Position numbers and translations under genes: made by a program. From the IMG/VR virus record IMGVR_UViG_3300032050_010539: a DNA stretch of 64,000 bases, one strand, 5' to 3'. Shown here in pieces: positions 12,601 through 21,273 of this stretch. The notes below the pieces were generated by a model that made no database searches, was not told the origin of the DNA, and saw only the letters and a list, made by a program, of their open reading frames with translations. This DNA is from a virus. The first letter of the stretch is position 1; every line of letters begins with the position of its first letter.

Positions 12601-15330
12601 AGTAAGGGAGACATGCGACTGTTAGCAGAAACTGCATTCCCTAGTCTGGCATCCAGAGTGGCTAACCCCCTCAACTTCGTACAGTACGAGAACTTCATTA
12701 AGTACTCGTCGGAACGGCGTACAGGAGGTAGACGGGTAGATATATATGCTGCAGATGGAGACTGGCTGGAGATGGGCGCGCCTAGATCAATGAGGACAGA
12801 GGAGAGCAATATCCTGGGTATGATAGGGTCCTTCTTAGTTAACTTCTGGGGTAAGATACCACTAATCAACACACCCATTATGACGAGTCTAGCTGGGGGC
12901 GTTGCAGCCACTATGATTGCGGGCGCGATAGGCGCGATGATGAGTTTATTTGGCGTACTAGAGGGAGGGAGGCAGGCACGAGCCATAGATAACGTTATGA
13001 CTGAGCTGCGTGTTCTATGGGCCGGTGAGAGGGCGGAATACTTTGTTATAACGGCACCTCAGGCTAAGAGTCCCCTAGGAGAGAACCGTATGAAGTATGA
13101 GGTGAAGCGCGGCCGCTTCACTTATACGCTACACGCTAGTCCACCTGATGGCATGGGCGGAGAGGTAGGGAAGAGAATAGGTTATTTCCTCAATAGTTTT
13201 ATGAGTATGACTGCAAATGACGAGATGGATACTCTAATGGCACGCGTATACGATGCCCCTATTATAAACGAGAGCACTGTGCGCAGTATAACTGATAGGG
13301 ATGATCTAGTACGTAGATTAGTAGATAGTCTAGATGACACTATAAGCCGCGGGCCCGATAGCTTCCTAACTAAGATACTAAACCTACTAGATAGCGATAT
13401 ATCAATTAATAATGGGCCCGCCCCGTTCTCACAGAAGGCCTACTCACTACTAGGATTAAGCGAGGAGACATTCAAGATACAGTATGGAGATGCTGACTCA
13501 TTCCTAAGACGTCGTATACGCGAGGTCATCAAGGAGACGATAGAGCGCGAGGTTATACGTAAGATATCTCTTAACCCCGACCCTGGTGATGCCTTCATGA
13601 TATCATCACGCTTCCGTGGTCTGACATCAGACGAACAGATACGCATCATAAGCGCTAACGTACTAAATGAACTAGGCTTCCTATTTAAGGATATCAAGGA
13701 GAAGGCGCTGATAATGGCTGGGGCCACTACTGATATAGAAGTATTACGTAGTCGCAATCAGAGAGTAGAGGACTGGGCCAATAAGCAGGGTGGCATTATA
13801 GATATAGAGCGGAAGAAGGCACCTCAATGGAAGCGCATATTTCACTGGGATAGCGGTAAGGCCCCCATAGCTGACCCTTCAGAGATAAAGGTCTACCCAT
13901 TTTTTAAGGCGCGGCTCAGCGCACGGGGATCGCTTCAGGCATTAGGCGGCGGCATTATGACAGCCTGGGGTGGCATAGAGAGTCTAGATGTAGGTAGCGC
14001 ATTCATGAGACTCGGCCGATCTCAACGGGATGAGCTATACACTGAGGCAGAGAAACAGCTACTTGAGGAGCATGCCGGTATGACAGTGCGTAACTCCATA
14101 ACTGGTATAGTCACAGGTCTAGTGGCCGCTAAAGCAATAGGAGCTATAGGCGCGGCAGTCATAGGCGCCCCTCTAATAGCAGCAATAGGAGTGGTAGCAA
14201 TAGGTGTAGGTATAGCAACAGGACTATTTGCGTGGGGCTATAAACACCTAGAGGCAGTCACCAAGGGCGATGCCTGGCAGGACTTCAGTCAAGCTAGTGA
14301 GAGATTCTGGACCGGCGTAGATAGAGCTATAGGCGACATAATCGGAGATAAGATACCCGGCTTTCTATCACTAGGTAATGATCAGGTAAAGGGCGTCATT
14401 ACATCAGCTATAGGTACGGCACTAGGTGTAATGTCACTAGTCGGGGCGGCTGCAAGCTGGTTCAAAGGCGCGGGCTGGGGTCTAATAGCTAAATCAGGCC
14501 TGGGGGGCCTCCTAGGAGGAACGGCCATATCTGCTGTCCCAGGCGTACACGAGACACTGGCTCGTGGTAGTAGTGCCGCAGTAGAGGGTATGGGTAAGAT
14601 AACAGGGCTGAACATGTTTGTCACGCCAACAGATTATCTACTAGCGCGTTATAAAGAAGGGCCAGGCGGTATGACACTAGCTATGCCGGGGCGGGCCTTT
14701 CAATACAACGCGGATAGATGGGCCGAAGCTAGCAATGACTCTGCTGGTAATAGGACGGCAGCCATGCTGCTACCGACGCCTGCTGGAGGAGATAGTAACA
14801 TACAATTACTAGATCCATTCACAGAGAGAGAGATAGCACGACGGGCCCGTCTCTTCAACGTAGAGATATTCGGACAGACCAGCTGGGTCAAGTCAGCGCG
14901 GGCCAGTAGTGATTGGGGCTCCATAAAAATATACGCTAGGCAGCAGATGCTAGGCCAGTATAAGAACAACATAGCGGCTATTCGCGCTACTGTATCAGAC
15001 ACTATGAATAAGCTAGCCCAGTCAGCTACTCCTTATAGTGCAGAGGTGGCCCGTCTAGCCATAGCTGTCAGTAAGACAGTAGGCAGGCCTGCACCAGCTA
15101 CTCAATCTCGAGCCATTATAAGCAATAATGGTAACTTCAATCCCGAGCTCAAGGAGATAGCAGAGGAGGCAACACGGCGGGGCCATATAGCACTAATATC
15201 TCAGGAGACCAGCGCCGAGCAGAATGGTAATACAGTAACAGTCACAACAAGACCCAGTGACGATAATAGTCTCTGGGTCAATAGGTTAGATGGTAAACTT
15301 GATAGAGAGGCAATGCTACGCATGGGCTAG
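6634..15330 (+). CDS. giant 2898-aa virion-associated protein (tape-measure/ejection-protein-like)
   Basis: 8.7-kb open frame; many Gly/Ala-rich hydrophobic segments; late-region position; function inferred. Confidence 0.6.
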   Translation: MESDLLKQIEAASKYPSAGVGSLEGSSSRFGVSSLSETQRFLRDARPNSLEAALFSHNRFHSDFTLELLHDTFNKESFRAIGQERQDKFYQSMKPYIKMAEGIFTNEIDLYDEVGGTVVVDMTISKRESQALKAASNNLNVIPYTANKGQGTTLMHSKLELITREDGTDVGRVHTAPYITEYGTNALEVGAVVSGIAGAGAIISGRAPRLGIVGAIAAPLLMGAGVMLRNTNSSLLDIGLKSNKKDVFYETSNPKFVTELRTYMRSLAEGRELDTSRNRFILGESEAILAMTRDAQKANGIVLSPASWSLAQARDDDGNIISRDNNLDRNHYARLENFENTIVERASDIPILMATSGQVDSNVHHRLHQAGVIAGSNVGTHYNKHLFENIDEKGTDALYMGTRRFSAQHNREIMIRLTSEDDPAAFAYYKGMLLSDNKFNVSDIEMTQMGYTNKSFIRATTGTTISQLPSFLGASHFYEVAINNAARARVSGHLDWRESLESYTNRPGIATQNYLARAALNGAPSVVPDQVRDYDRALLSPGLGSLINEYTIMAGFGRLYKDEVGALPSIAGAFGAVLDRTLTYYGTFFDYDETRDSMVPVAGVYENALTFASSFVMTTAASMGLYFSIGIPLGYITAELNKSMVQGTIDSAVQKTAGKRYPQHLPILDIAPVDNFELAKYMQEVQGLSGGTLDNYYTNRINTLPALNNLFYRERGATFFEYITKPFILDVMNPYERGSAEDIKLRRSADAFHDSLRRPIGLETTFEERYNPVSREMEPFLVSLRATNIGFERQRELAILIDEVGASLPAAPWRWGWGEGKEDSRSFVSMAEVFSFSEMAESFHRILGTGSQSLNYIVSSSENNTSGMKGLLMRGGAMLGGVMRSTKARLQGNNLFMGIGPIATTNLAAEYKELMKLERQMLVENLLTWEVGINGQGSRQIGNVQTLEQRQLVAKFVDQLIVYNQAIQSSPYYQQAVQRAAGATAAQEDLFRLISGRNSRFLTSSFFRNKGIIGASVLALMNVQTGLANILDASGPSFLRSINLQFGDVDVEEVRYNNRNLILEGPVMGAAYTALAVAGGYVGSEVFGSMAINRYSLSDELYASGNSRLISAEAEGVLKRGTLVKKGNRFMTWGLTTAALLWAPRVITGVGNFIMNIFNRITGQEGQVLDENYATVGSLQAWKQSVLNRVNTGGLVGNRTERTLEAWSAFVAGRISAHTPVAAISQRAKTIEVYASQAPTSYIQFFIAESRRRGSEMDKGVYSYSMGVQSAPVLGISMSVSAPLAFDANKPFAEAFIYNQEKDNVINYIQSAGNVSLAVSLTAGLVSLSALLPEYARSKILRDPTIGAGAKDLSNKMTNLAALVDDWGGRAMNVPIAGARTAVGSFWHYSGKVVDTMAGFSYGALQGFDKLDRRLAKVIALSNFIVPPVLGALFGLTGTSPLTSSLLVGTSLAFAYSFAMKHDPWRKKVAALQSRVARITGMEDIRISRGMHTGLRRWRAYRMPLLLGTIAALFQTKTGWNVSEGMDDNVMTRLATVGLYAGVNAMAVVELGDLGLDPGATIERYRRMRAKVGKMHPLNPLGMWRKLRLASLERDIRSDFNTVETYLSDYRNNRRGYHSFDLLDEHLKTVHGTAYHNAMNEHGRRPSNFQVRDIIDEAGNYRLTDYSENLRTLVDSRDYLKYRNARILGPGGSRLLRSAAALGAVNIAATALLLGVGAILSSSGNQEEATAGFYNAMDDTPLEFVSNAFRLVTRRDIAVAQDPLEPLVVMADGAYKRKRGVRLINPIESSVGRMSTAIDNLRNSFVLNASNPFMSVLVFGTSVREGELGSRQTFYMQLQSTNQDISTAVYSTAPAYMFKMVKAGAMGQLYARDYRKANITDASMNNLSEDQRKFMAISVVSLTARLDPLTDKNRRRVTSPFNRASLALYRADPLMNIALSSRLQVIRNFAYQRPESLVSEMTNLGNPDGMNPRDSKKPKSYLDTLIASLSKGDMRLLAETAFPSLASRVANPLNFVQYENFIKYSSERRTGGRRVDIYAADGDWLEMGAPRSMRTEESNILGMIGSFLVNFWGKIPLINTPIMTSLAGGVAATMIAGAIGAMMSLFGVLEGGRQARAIDNVMTELRVLWAGERAEYFVITAPQAKSPLGENRMKYEVKRGRFTYTLHASPPDGMGGEVGKRIGYFLNSFMSMTANDEMDTLMARVYDAPIINESTVRSITDRDDLVRRLVDSLDDTISRGPDSFLTKILNLLDSDISINNGPAPFSQKAYSLLGLSEETFKIQYGDADSFLRRRIREVIKETIEREVIRKISLNPDPGDAFMISSRFRGLTSDEQIRIISANVLNELGFLFKDIKEKALIMAGATTDIEVLRSRNQRVEDWANKQGGIIDIERKKAPQWKRIFHWDSGKAPIADPSEIKVYPFFKARLSARGSLQALGGGIMTAWGGIESLDVGSAFMRLGRSQRDELYTEAEKQLLEEHAGMTVRNSITGIVTGLVAAKAIGAIGAAVIGAPLIAAIGVVAIGVGIATGLFAWGYKHLEAVTKGDAWQDFSQASERFWTGVDRAIGDIIGDKIPGFLSLGNDQVKGVITSAIGTALGVMSLVGAAASWFKGAGWGLIAKSGLGGLLGGTAISAVPGVHETLARGSSAAVEGMGKITGLNMFVTPTDYLLARYKEGPGGMTLAMPGRAFQYNADRWAEASNDSAGNRTAAMLLPTPAGGDSNIQLLDPFTEREIARRARLFNVEIFGQTSWVKSARASSDWGSIKIYARQQMLGQYKNNIAAIRATVSDTMNKLAQSATPYSAEVARLAIAVSKTVGRPAPATQSRAIISNNGNFNPELKEIAEEATRRGHIALISQETSAEQNGNTVTVTTRPSDDNSLWVNRLDGKLDREAMLRMG

Positions 15331-15411
15331 GCCCTCGTGTCAGGAATCCCCAGCATTATTAGCTTGACTCAATCTACCCTAATAAGCTAAGATGGAGGGA
15401 TGGACAAGCAT

Positions 15412-15446
15412 AGAGCCAGTACCCTTGCGGGTGCTGGCTCTTTTCT
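15412..15446 (+). terminator. intrinsic terminator at the convergence of the + and - gene blocks
   Basis: AGAGCCAGTACCC-TTGC-GGGTGCTGGCTCT hairpin followed by a T run. Confidence 0.65.
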
Positions 15447-15628
15447 AGCTTTGCATTATCGAGATTAGCCCTTTGCTTACGGCGTAGCTGTCGGGAAGAT
15501 TCATCCCTATGACTACGTTTTTATCTACACCATCAACGAACTAGCAAAACGTCAGGGGGGAGATAATCAAGACGGGAAGCGATAGGTAGAACGTTTAATG
15601 TCAAGCTGGGCAGTGTGACAACACTCAA

Positions 15629-15823
15629 CTAGCTTTTTGTAAACGTTATTTGAGATTCAGACACTTCTAACGTATTTAGAGGAATTAACCCCTCTAAACT
15701 ATAACCATCTTCTCCTTCAGGATTGGAATAATGTTCAACAATAGTACCCAAATCACTCTGACTTAAACCATACTCAGGTAAATCTTCAATTAAACGAACT
15801 TGGGTAAATAAACTAAATTTCAT
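15629..15823 (-). CDS. DUF4926-like small protein (host-type)
   Basis: FTQVRLIEDLPEYGL...GTIVEHY...GYSLE matches the DUF4926 pattern; AAGGAGG RBS. Confidence 0.7.
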   Translation of the reverse strand: MKFSLFTQVRLIEDLPEYGLSQSDLGTIVEHYSNPEGEDGYSLEGLIPLNTLEVSESQITFTKS

Positions 15824-16167
15824 GCTCTAACCTCCTTAGCAGTAGCGAATAAACTATGTTTATAGTGCTTCCGCACACCATCGCCATCGTCTACCTCAAG
15901 CATTCTATTGTTCCATCTGAGATACCTCCCGCCGTGATAGTTCGTTTTCAATGAGCTTACCTCTAATTTTCAGATGAAATGGGCGATGACTAGACCAGAT
16001 AATAGCGCAATAGATAAAGCCTATTCGAATGTCCTGATAGAAGGTATAACCGCATCTATCATAATTAATGGAACCACCTAGGCCAAATATAAATGTACTG
16101 ATGAATACATTGAGGCTATTATAAAGAAAGTATTCATCTAATATATGCGTGCTATATTGTGATGCCA

Positions 16168-16878
16168 CTATGCGAGGGGCTCCAACGTATTGAGGAGTGT
16201 CTTGGCCATCTGTATACGCCGGTAGATACGACTCGCTATAGCTGGATTCTCCTTGTTCACCTCCTCTATTACAATTTGCTTGAATCGGTCTATGGCCTCG
16301 AATTGCTTGACAGTCTCCATCAGTGCGCGCGCATCCTTCAGTAGTTGGCGCTGTTCCTGCAACATAGTTACCCATATTTCCTCCTTGACTTTCCTAGCCT
16401 TAATAAATGGCTCATCATCAGCCGACTCGAGAGCTATAATACCTGCTTTAAGATCATTGAATATAGTCTGTAGCTGCGTCTGAGTATCAAATACAGAGCC
16501 ATATGGATAGTTCACCCTTTCCATTATAGGCGCGCTTCTATAAGCGGTTATCCATTCACCTACCTCGCGCGCTGTAAGATCAACCCCGTGCATAGATAAG
16601 GCGCGGGATATATCGCTCTCACTGGAGCCCTTCTCTATTAACTGCACGACAAATTCTGTCATCCCACAAGCATCAATAGGATGGCGGAGAGCCACCTTAT
16701 AGTTATCCAGTGGTTCAGATATTACAGGGTCATTGAATAATCTCTCTAGAGCTACTAACCGCTCCCAGAGGGGCTGCCATTCAATAGTCCCTATAAGCTG
16801 CTTACTATCAAGTAGACTACCAAAGTCATCCTTCCAGTCCCGCAGTTCCTGCAGTATATTAGTGTAGTCTGCCATCAT
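16168..16878 (-). CDS. hypothetical helical protein, 236 aa
   Basis: ORF overlapping the upstream gene; possible HTH (SESDISRAL). Confidence 0.65.
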   Translation of the reverse strand: MMADYTNILQELRDWKDDFGSLLDSKQLIGTIEWQPLWERLVALERLFNDPVISEPLDNYKVALRHPIDACGMTEFVVQLIEKGSSESDISRALSMHGVDLTAREVGEWITAYRSAPIMERVNYPYGSVFDTQTQLQTIFNDLKAGIIALESADDEPFIKARKVKEEIWVTMLQEQRQLLKDARALMETVKQFEAIDRFKQIVIEEVNKENPAIASRIYRRIQMAKTLLNTLEPLA

Positions 16879-17305
16879 CTACCACGCTATTCAAGTAATC
16901 AGCGGCTGTATAGACATTACCCTCGACGATCTCAGGGATCTCGATGCGCTTATCCTCTTCCTCCATCTGCATACGAATATCAATGGGGCCTAATACAGGC
17001 ATGATATCAGGATTAATCAGATAATTAAGTAATTGGATAGCAAAAGCATCAAACTTACGCTTAATGGTACTACTATCTACATTAAGACCGCCCGCAATGT
17101 CATTGCGACTGCGCTGCGTAGCCCAGAGCCAGGCAGCATGCCTGTATATGTCCGGGCTAGTTCTCATAATTAAATACATGCACTTACGCACTGTCTCATA
17201 TGAGAATGTTCGATTGTAACAAGCAGACTCGAAATCAATCTGCTGATAGAACTTCTTACGCAGATAATTCTTTACTTCATCAAGCCAGGGGTTAGGTTTG
17301 GGCAT
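16859..17305 (-). CDS. HTH DNA-binding protein (sigma region-4-like)
   Basis: RSRNDIAGGLNVDSSTIKRK helix-turn-helix. Confidence 0.55.
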   Translation of the reverse strand: MPKPNPWLDEVKNYLRKKFYQQIDFESACYNRTFSYETVRKCMYLIMRTSPDIYRHAAWLWATQRSRNDIAGGLNVDSSTIKRKFDAFAIQLLNYLINPDIMPVLGPIDIRMQMEEEDKRIEIPEIVEGNVYTAADYLNSVVDDGRLH

Positions 17306-17354
17306 ACATATCCTCTATATACCCATTAATCTTATCGTACTAAATACCAGTATG

Positions 17355-18497
17355 TCAATTTAATAATCTATAGAGATCAAGTAGACTCTGATCCTCTGCG
17401 AGCTCAGGGTAACAATCATGGAGATAGGGACAAGGCTTACCAAAGGAATCGAGACAGGGACTATAATTATCCTCAGGGTAATGGTGAGGGTAGAAACCTG
17501 CTGTGATTAATTTGTGCGTGCCAAAGAATGAGGTTAATACGCGATCCATGATGCTGCGGTCAATAGGCGTTAGTACCAGACTACCCTCCCTGACGTTATA
17601 GATACCCATAGCATCAACGCGAGTGCCTGTCAATTTCTCATAGGCATAGGCATAGGCACAGAGCTGAGGGTTATACGCCAGCTTATCTGTAGTATAGGCA
17701 GACTTACTGGTCTTATAATCAACTATAGTTAGGCCATGAGAGGTGATTCCCACCCAGTCAATGAAGCCCAGGAGGTTGATACCGGCATCACCGCCGCAAT
17801 CAGTCGGCATGGGCACCTCATTTATAATAGTGCCGTCATTATATCCACTGATAGGTAACTCAACATAGATAGTGCGCTTAAACTCCTTAGGAGGAATAAA
17901 GGCCCGGCACAGGTTAAACGCGTCAGTCAGTGCACCAATAACATCAAGCTCAACATCCAATTCAGGATTAAGCATAAGCATATATTCATTAGCTGCATGC
18001 CGTAGAGCGAGGAGGGGCTCCTCTGCCTGTTTCCATGCAGTAGTAGACTGATAAGCGCTACTCACCTTACCGGCAGCGGTGCGTATGGCATCGGGACCCT
18101 TATAGTCAGCGCGGGCTCTGTTATGCAACACTGCATAACCATCTACTAGGCCCATTAAGTAACTAGAGATAGTGGTCTGGTCCGACGCAGGCGTATTAGA
18201 TACAATGACACCAGCGGCCATAAGCGCGCTTATGTAGGTCTCCTCGAGGCACTGCTCTAGATTATAATCATGTTCTACTTCAGGATCATAGTATAACTCG
18301 AGGGCCCCATGCACTAGGTTACCCAATAGAGTAGAGCGCGTAGCCCCACTCTTCCTATTGAGGTCAACGTATTTATGATAGAACTCCATCCCACAGCGGC
18401 GATATACGCGCAGTGCACTAACAGAGTAGTAGGGCGGGCGTTCTGCTACAGATCGACTAGTAATAATATTAGAGGTCATCGCTAACCTCTGCGCCAT
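17355..18497 (-). CDS. PD-(D/E)XK Cas4/RecB-like nuclease
   Basis: YSVSAL..Y..C, GNLVH, E...GFID...IVDYKT, QL.AY, three C-terminal Cys (PC....PCPY..DC). Confidence 0.85.
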   Translation of the reverse strand: MAQRLAMTSNIITSRSVAERPPYYSVSALRVYRRCGMEFYHKYVDLNRKSGATRSTLLGNLVHGALELYYDPEVEHDYNLEQCLEETYISALMAAGVIVSNTPASDQTTISSYLMGLVDGYAVLHNRARADYKGPDAIRTAAGKVSSAYQSTTAWKQAEEPLLALRHAANEYMLMLNPELDVELDVIGALTDAFNLCRAFIPPKEFKRTIYVELPISGYNDGTIINEVPMPTDCGGDAGINLLGFIDWVGITSHGLTIVDYKTSKSAYTTDKLAYNPQLCAYAYAYEKLTGTRVDAMGIYNVREGSLVLTPIDRSIMDRVLTSFFGTHKLITAGFYPHHYPEDNYSPCLDSFGKPCPYLHDCYPELAEDQSLLDLYRLLN

Positions 18498-19020
18498 AAT
18501 GAGCTAATAATACTGCCTCAGCCATACCATCATGGGGCTTGTGACAGAGAGAAGTCCTGAATAAATTAACAGCAGGATAGAGATTCACAGCAATAGATAC
18601 ACTGCGTGTCTTAGTAGGTTTATTATAGGTCCATTTGATAGGCGGGGTCATATCGGCATAGTGCGATTGCCACTCACGGGAATCTACTATTACATAATTC
18701 AGACCTATACCCTCCAATAGGCCAACTAGTCTCCCATAGTTAAACATAGTCTTAGCAGCAGAACCCAGACCCTGGCGCTGCTCCTTTCCCTCAACCATCT
18801 TGGGCCGGACTACTATCTGACGCTCAATAATAGTAAGATGAGGTTTATAATGAGACAGGTAATTCTTAATTACCCCCATGTTTATATCCTTATCAGACGT
18901 AGAGATTGGCATGATTCTAACATCAACTACATTATGGGTATCACCCTTTTGTAGTATACAAAGCCCCCCAGCTAAACCTGGGTCTATCCCACATATAAAT
19001 TTAATCAAGATAATCACCAA
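18469..19020 (-). CDS. RuvC-like Holliday junction resolvase
   Basis: GIDPGLAGG, IIERQ, F.YG...G, HDGMAEAVLLA. Confidence 0.85.
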   Translation of the reverse strand: MVIILIKFICGIDPGLAGGLCILQKGDTHNVVDVRIMPISTSDKDINMGVIKNYLSHYKPHLTIIERQIVVRPKMVEGKEQRQGLGSAAKTMFNYGRLVGLLEGIGLNYVIVDSREWQSHYADMTPPIKWTYNKPTKTRSVSIAVNLYPAVNLFRTSLCHKPHDGMAEAVLLAHYGAEVSDDL

Positions 19021-19068
19021 CTAATATATTATCATTATAGCACATAACGCCTGCTACACTGAGAATAA

Positions 19069-19266
19069 TTAATTGAATTGAAACAACCAGGGATTCCAAG
19101 TTAGTTCAGTATTATCATCTAACGTGACAACCACTTTGTTCTTATGATTAACGTAGGGGTTACCCTTCGTGTTATAACTATAACCCGCTGACTTAGGATA
19201 CGTTGATTGATATGCTATATTAGTAACTACTTTATTATTAATCTCATCACCTAGCTTGATGTGCAT
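19069..19266 (-). CDS. hypothetical protein, 65 aa
   Basis: ORF coupled to the radical SAM gene. Confidence 0.55.
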   Translation of the reverse strand: MHIKLGDEINNKVVTNIAYQSTYPKSAGYSYNTKGNPYVNHKNKVVVTLDDNTELTWNPWLFQFN

Positions 19267-20168
19267 GAGAAGCCTGCCTGGAAGTAATCGATTAGTGAAG
19301 TAGAGTCGAATGACGTGCGGTTATAACTACGACTAGTAGGAGCATACTGCTGCTTAACCGCATCAATATACATAGTGAACTGGAAGTCATCGCCCATATA
19401 GAAGCGGGCCCACCCCTCATCAGTGAATAAACGTCTGAGCTCTAACTGTTCGATAGCCAGGTTATCAAAGGAGAGATTACACCTGCCTATAAGAAAGGGT
19501 AGAGAACGCCGCCACTGCGCTATGCCTGCATCTACCTCAGGGCTATGATAATCTATACCGAAGCCGAAGTTCTTATAGCCTAGTACGAGTACCTTACTGG
19601 TTGCAGCACTGAGATTAACCAACTCATCGATTATACTAACGGGATGGATACCAGCGATTATGTGATACACGATGTTATCTGAGAGACGCAGTACTGATAT
19701 CAGACTGCTATAGTTACTACTAGTAATTGAGATGCCGAGGCCCCGCACTAACTCCCGGCTTACGATATCCTCTATTAGAGTATCGTAGCGATGTAGATGA
19801 CCTTGGTTAACAGTAATGTTAGCTATAAGCCCGCGGGCCTTAAGTTCTACTAGGTAATCCACTATATTAGGATGAGATAGTGGGTTACCACCTCCGTTTG
19901 CTAACTCGACCCCAGCAGGTATATCACTAAGGACATCGAGTAACCGTGTTAGGTCAGCGTGTTTACCATTACGAGTAGAACTCTCATGACAATATTTACA
20001 TCCCATATCACAGTAGTCAGTGATCTTAATATCTATAGAGCAGGGATAGGCGGGGCGGGCCCCAACCACACTTGTAGTACGAACCAGGGTACCATCAGCA
20101 TATAGAGTACACTCATAGTCACCATTGGTATAATGCGCTAAAGTTGTCGTTTCATTAAACTTATTCAT
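19251..20168 (-). CDS. radical SAM protein
   Basis: CxxxCxxC (CDMGCKYCHE), GGGNPLSHP motif. Confidence 0.9.
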   Translation of the reverse strand: MNKFNETTTLAHYTNGDYECTLYADGTLVRTTSVVGARPAYPCSIDIKITDYCDMGCKYCHESSTRNGKHADLTRLLDVLSDIPAGVELANGGGNPLSHPNIVDYLVELKARGLIANITVNQGHLHRYDTLIEDIVSRELVRGLGISITSSNYSSLISVLRLSDNIVYHIIAGIHPVSIIDELVNLSAATSKVLVLGYKNFGFGIDYHSPEVDAGIAQWRRSLPFLIGRCNLSFDNLAIEQLELRRLFTDEGWARFYMGDDFQFTMYIDAVKQQYAPTSRSYNRTSFDSTSLIDYFQAGFSCTSS

Positions 20169-20172
20169 AGAA

Positions 20173-20508
20173 TTACGGATAATCAGTATTAATCCCCATG
20201 ATCTCGCAGGCTTCGATTAATTTATCTATCCCCCCGAACCATCCGGCGGTAACATTAGAATGGCTCAACGTGCATCGGAGCTCTTCGATGAGGCATTCAC
20301 CTCTACGCTCTTCTGTGTAGGCTTCTGGAGAAGGATATAATTCGCATTCCCAATCTCCTACTTGACGGTGAGTATCAATATCAAACTTTTTGTTATCAAC
20401 CACTATATACTTTCGCCCGACTGATTTAATAGTTCCCCATGTACCATCCTCGTGGGGAATTACTGCCCATACCCTGGCCCCCTTTTTAATAAAGTCTTTT
20501 GGCAACAT
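20173..20508 (-). CDS. hypothetical SH3/beta-barrel protein (YorP-like)
   Basis: GTIKSVGRKYIVV motif; GAGG RBS. Confidence 0.55.
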   Translation of the reverse strand: MLPKDFIKKGARVWAVIPHEDGTWGTIKSVGRKYIVVDNKKFDIDTHRQVGDWECELYPSPEAYTEERRGECLIEELRCTLSHSNVTAGWFGGIDKLIEACEIMGINTDYP

Positions 20509-20557
20509 TTGATTTTCCTCTGGTAAATTAGTTTAGACGAGCTTTAGCTAGTGATAT

Positions 20558-21052
20558 CTAATTGCCCTTGTAAAAGAAGTCGCTAGCATACTCCATAACT
20601 GCTTTATTATCAATCACATAACTGTAGTCATTATCACTACCGGTTAGGATAAAGCTATAGGGCGAGAATAGATAACGCATCATCATATTTTTATTAGCTA
20701 CAATAGCATCGAGGAAGCCGTTCAACTCATTGGCATGATCCATGTAGCCGTCATTAAGACTTTCGTATTCGTCATATACTACATCCTCGGCAGTTACAGC
20801 AATACCCTCTGATAGCAGGTAGAGTATCATGTCATAGGCGTCTTTCATCCTATCGTTAGCGGCGAAGCCCGTGTATAAATAACTGGCCTTGGCTGCTATA
20901 GAACTCAGGATAATAGTATCAGAACCAAATTCGCCAATCTCGAAATGTATTAATTCAGGGATAGTAAGGCTAGTCTGACAGGGAATAGATATACTATGGG
21001 TGCTCGAACTATTAGTTTCAAATACACCCTGACGGACTTGAATGCTAAGCAT
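20558..21052 (-). CDS. hypothetical 'FETNSSSTHS' family protein
   Basis: N-terminal VRQGVFETNSSSTHS, KASYLYT, GYMDH, ILTGSDN motifs; GAGG RBS. Confidence 0.7.
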   Translation of the reverse strand: MLSIQVRQGVFETNSSSTHSISIPCQTSLTIPELIHFEIGEFGSDTIILSSIAAKASYLYTGFAANDRMKDAYDMILYLLSEGIAVTAEDVVYDEYESLNDGYMDHANELNGFLDAIVANKNMMMRYLFSPYSFILTGSDNDYSYVIDNKAVMEYASDFFYKGN

Positions 21053-21133
21053 AGAAACCTCTTAAGAAATTGTAGATCTACTTACGACGGGTTGACACTA
21101 GTCTCGACAACAGAGGCACGACAGTGAGGGCTA

Positions 21134-21214
21134 TCAGGTTAAGTCATTAAACAATAAGCCAATTATTGTAATAAGAGCGAGAGCCAGCCCTATAACTAAC
21201 GGTGCATTATCCAT
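21134..21214 (-). CDS. 26-aa single-TM peptide (MDNAPLVIGLALALITIIGLLFNDLT)
   Basis: Strong GGAGG RBS; hydrophobic; fills an intergenic gap. Confidence 0.45.
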   Translation of the reverse strand: MDNAPLVIGLALALITIIGLLFNDLT

Positions 21215-21273
21215 CTTAACCTCCCAGGATTATTAATAGTGATTTGACATTAACTCTAGTGGAATGGGGAGCG

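Noticed and set aside
8835-15002. Minus-strand ORFs inside the 2898-aa gene
   Set aside because: Antisense shadows of a long real gene
15905-16375. 156-aa ORF
   Set aside because: The 5' half overlaps 16168-16878 out of frame; only a shorter 3' part might be real, and I cannot support it
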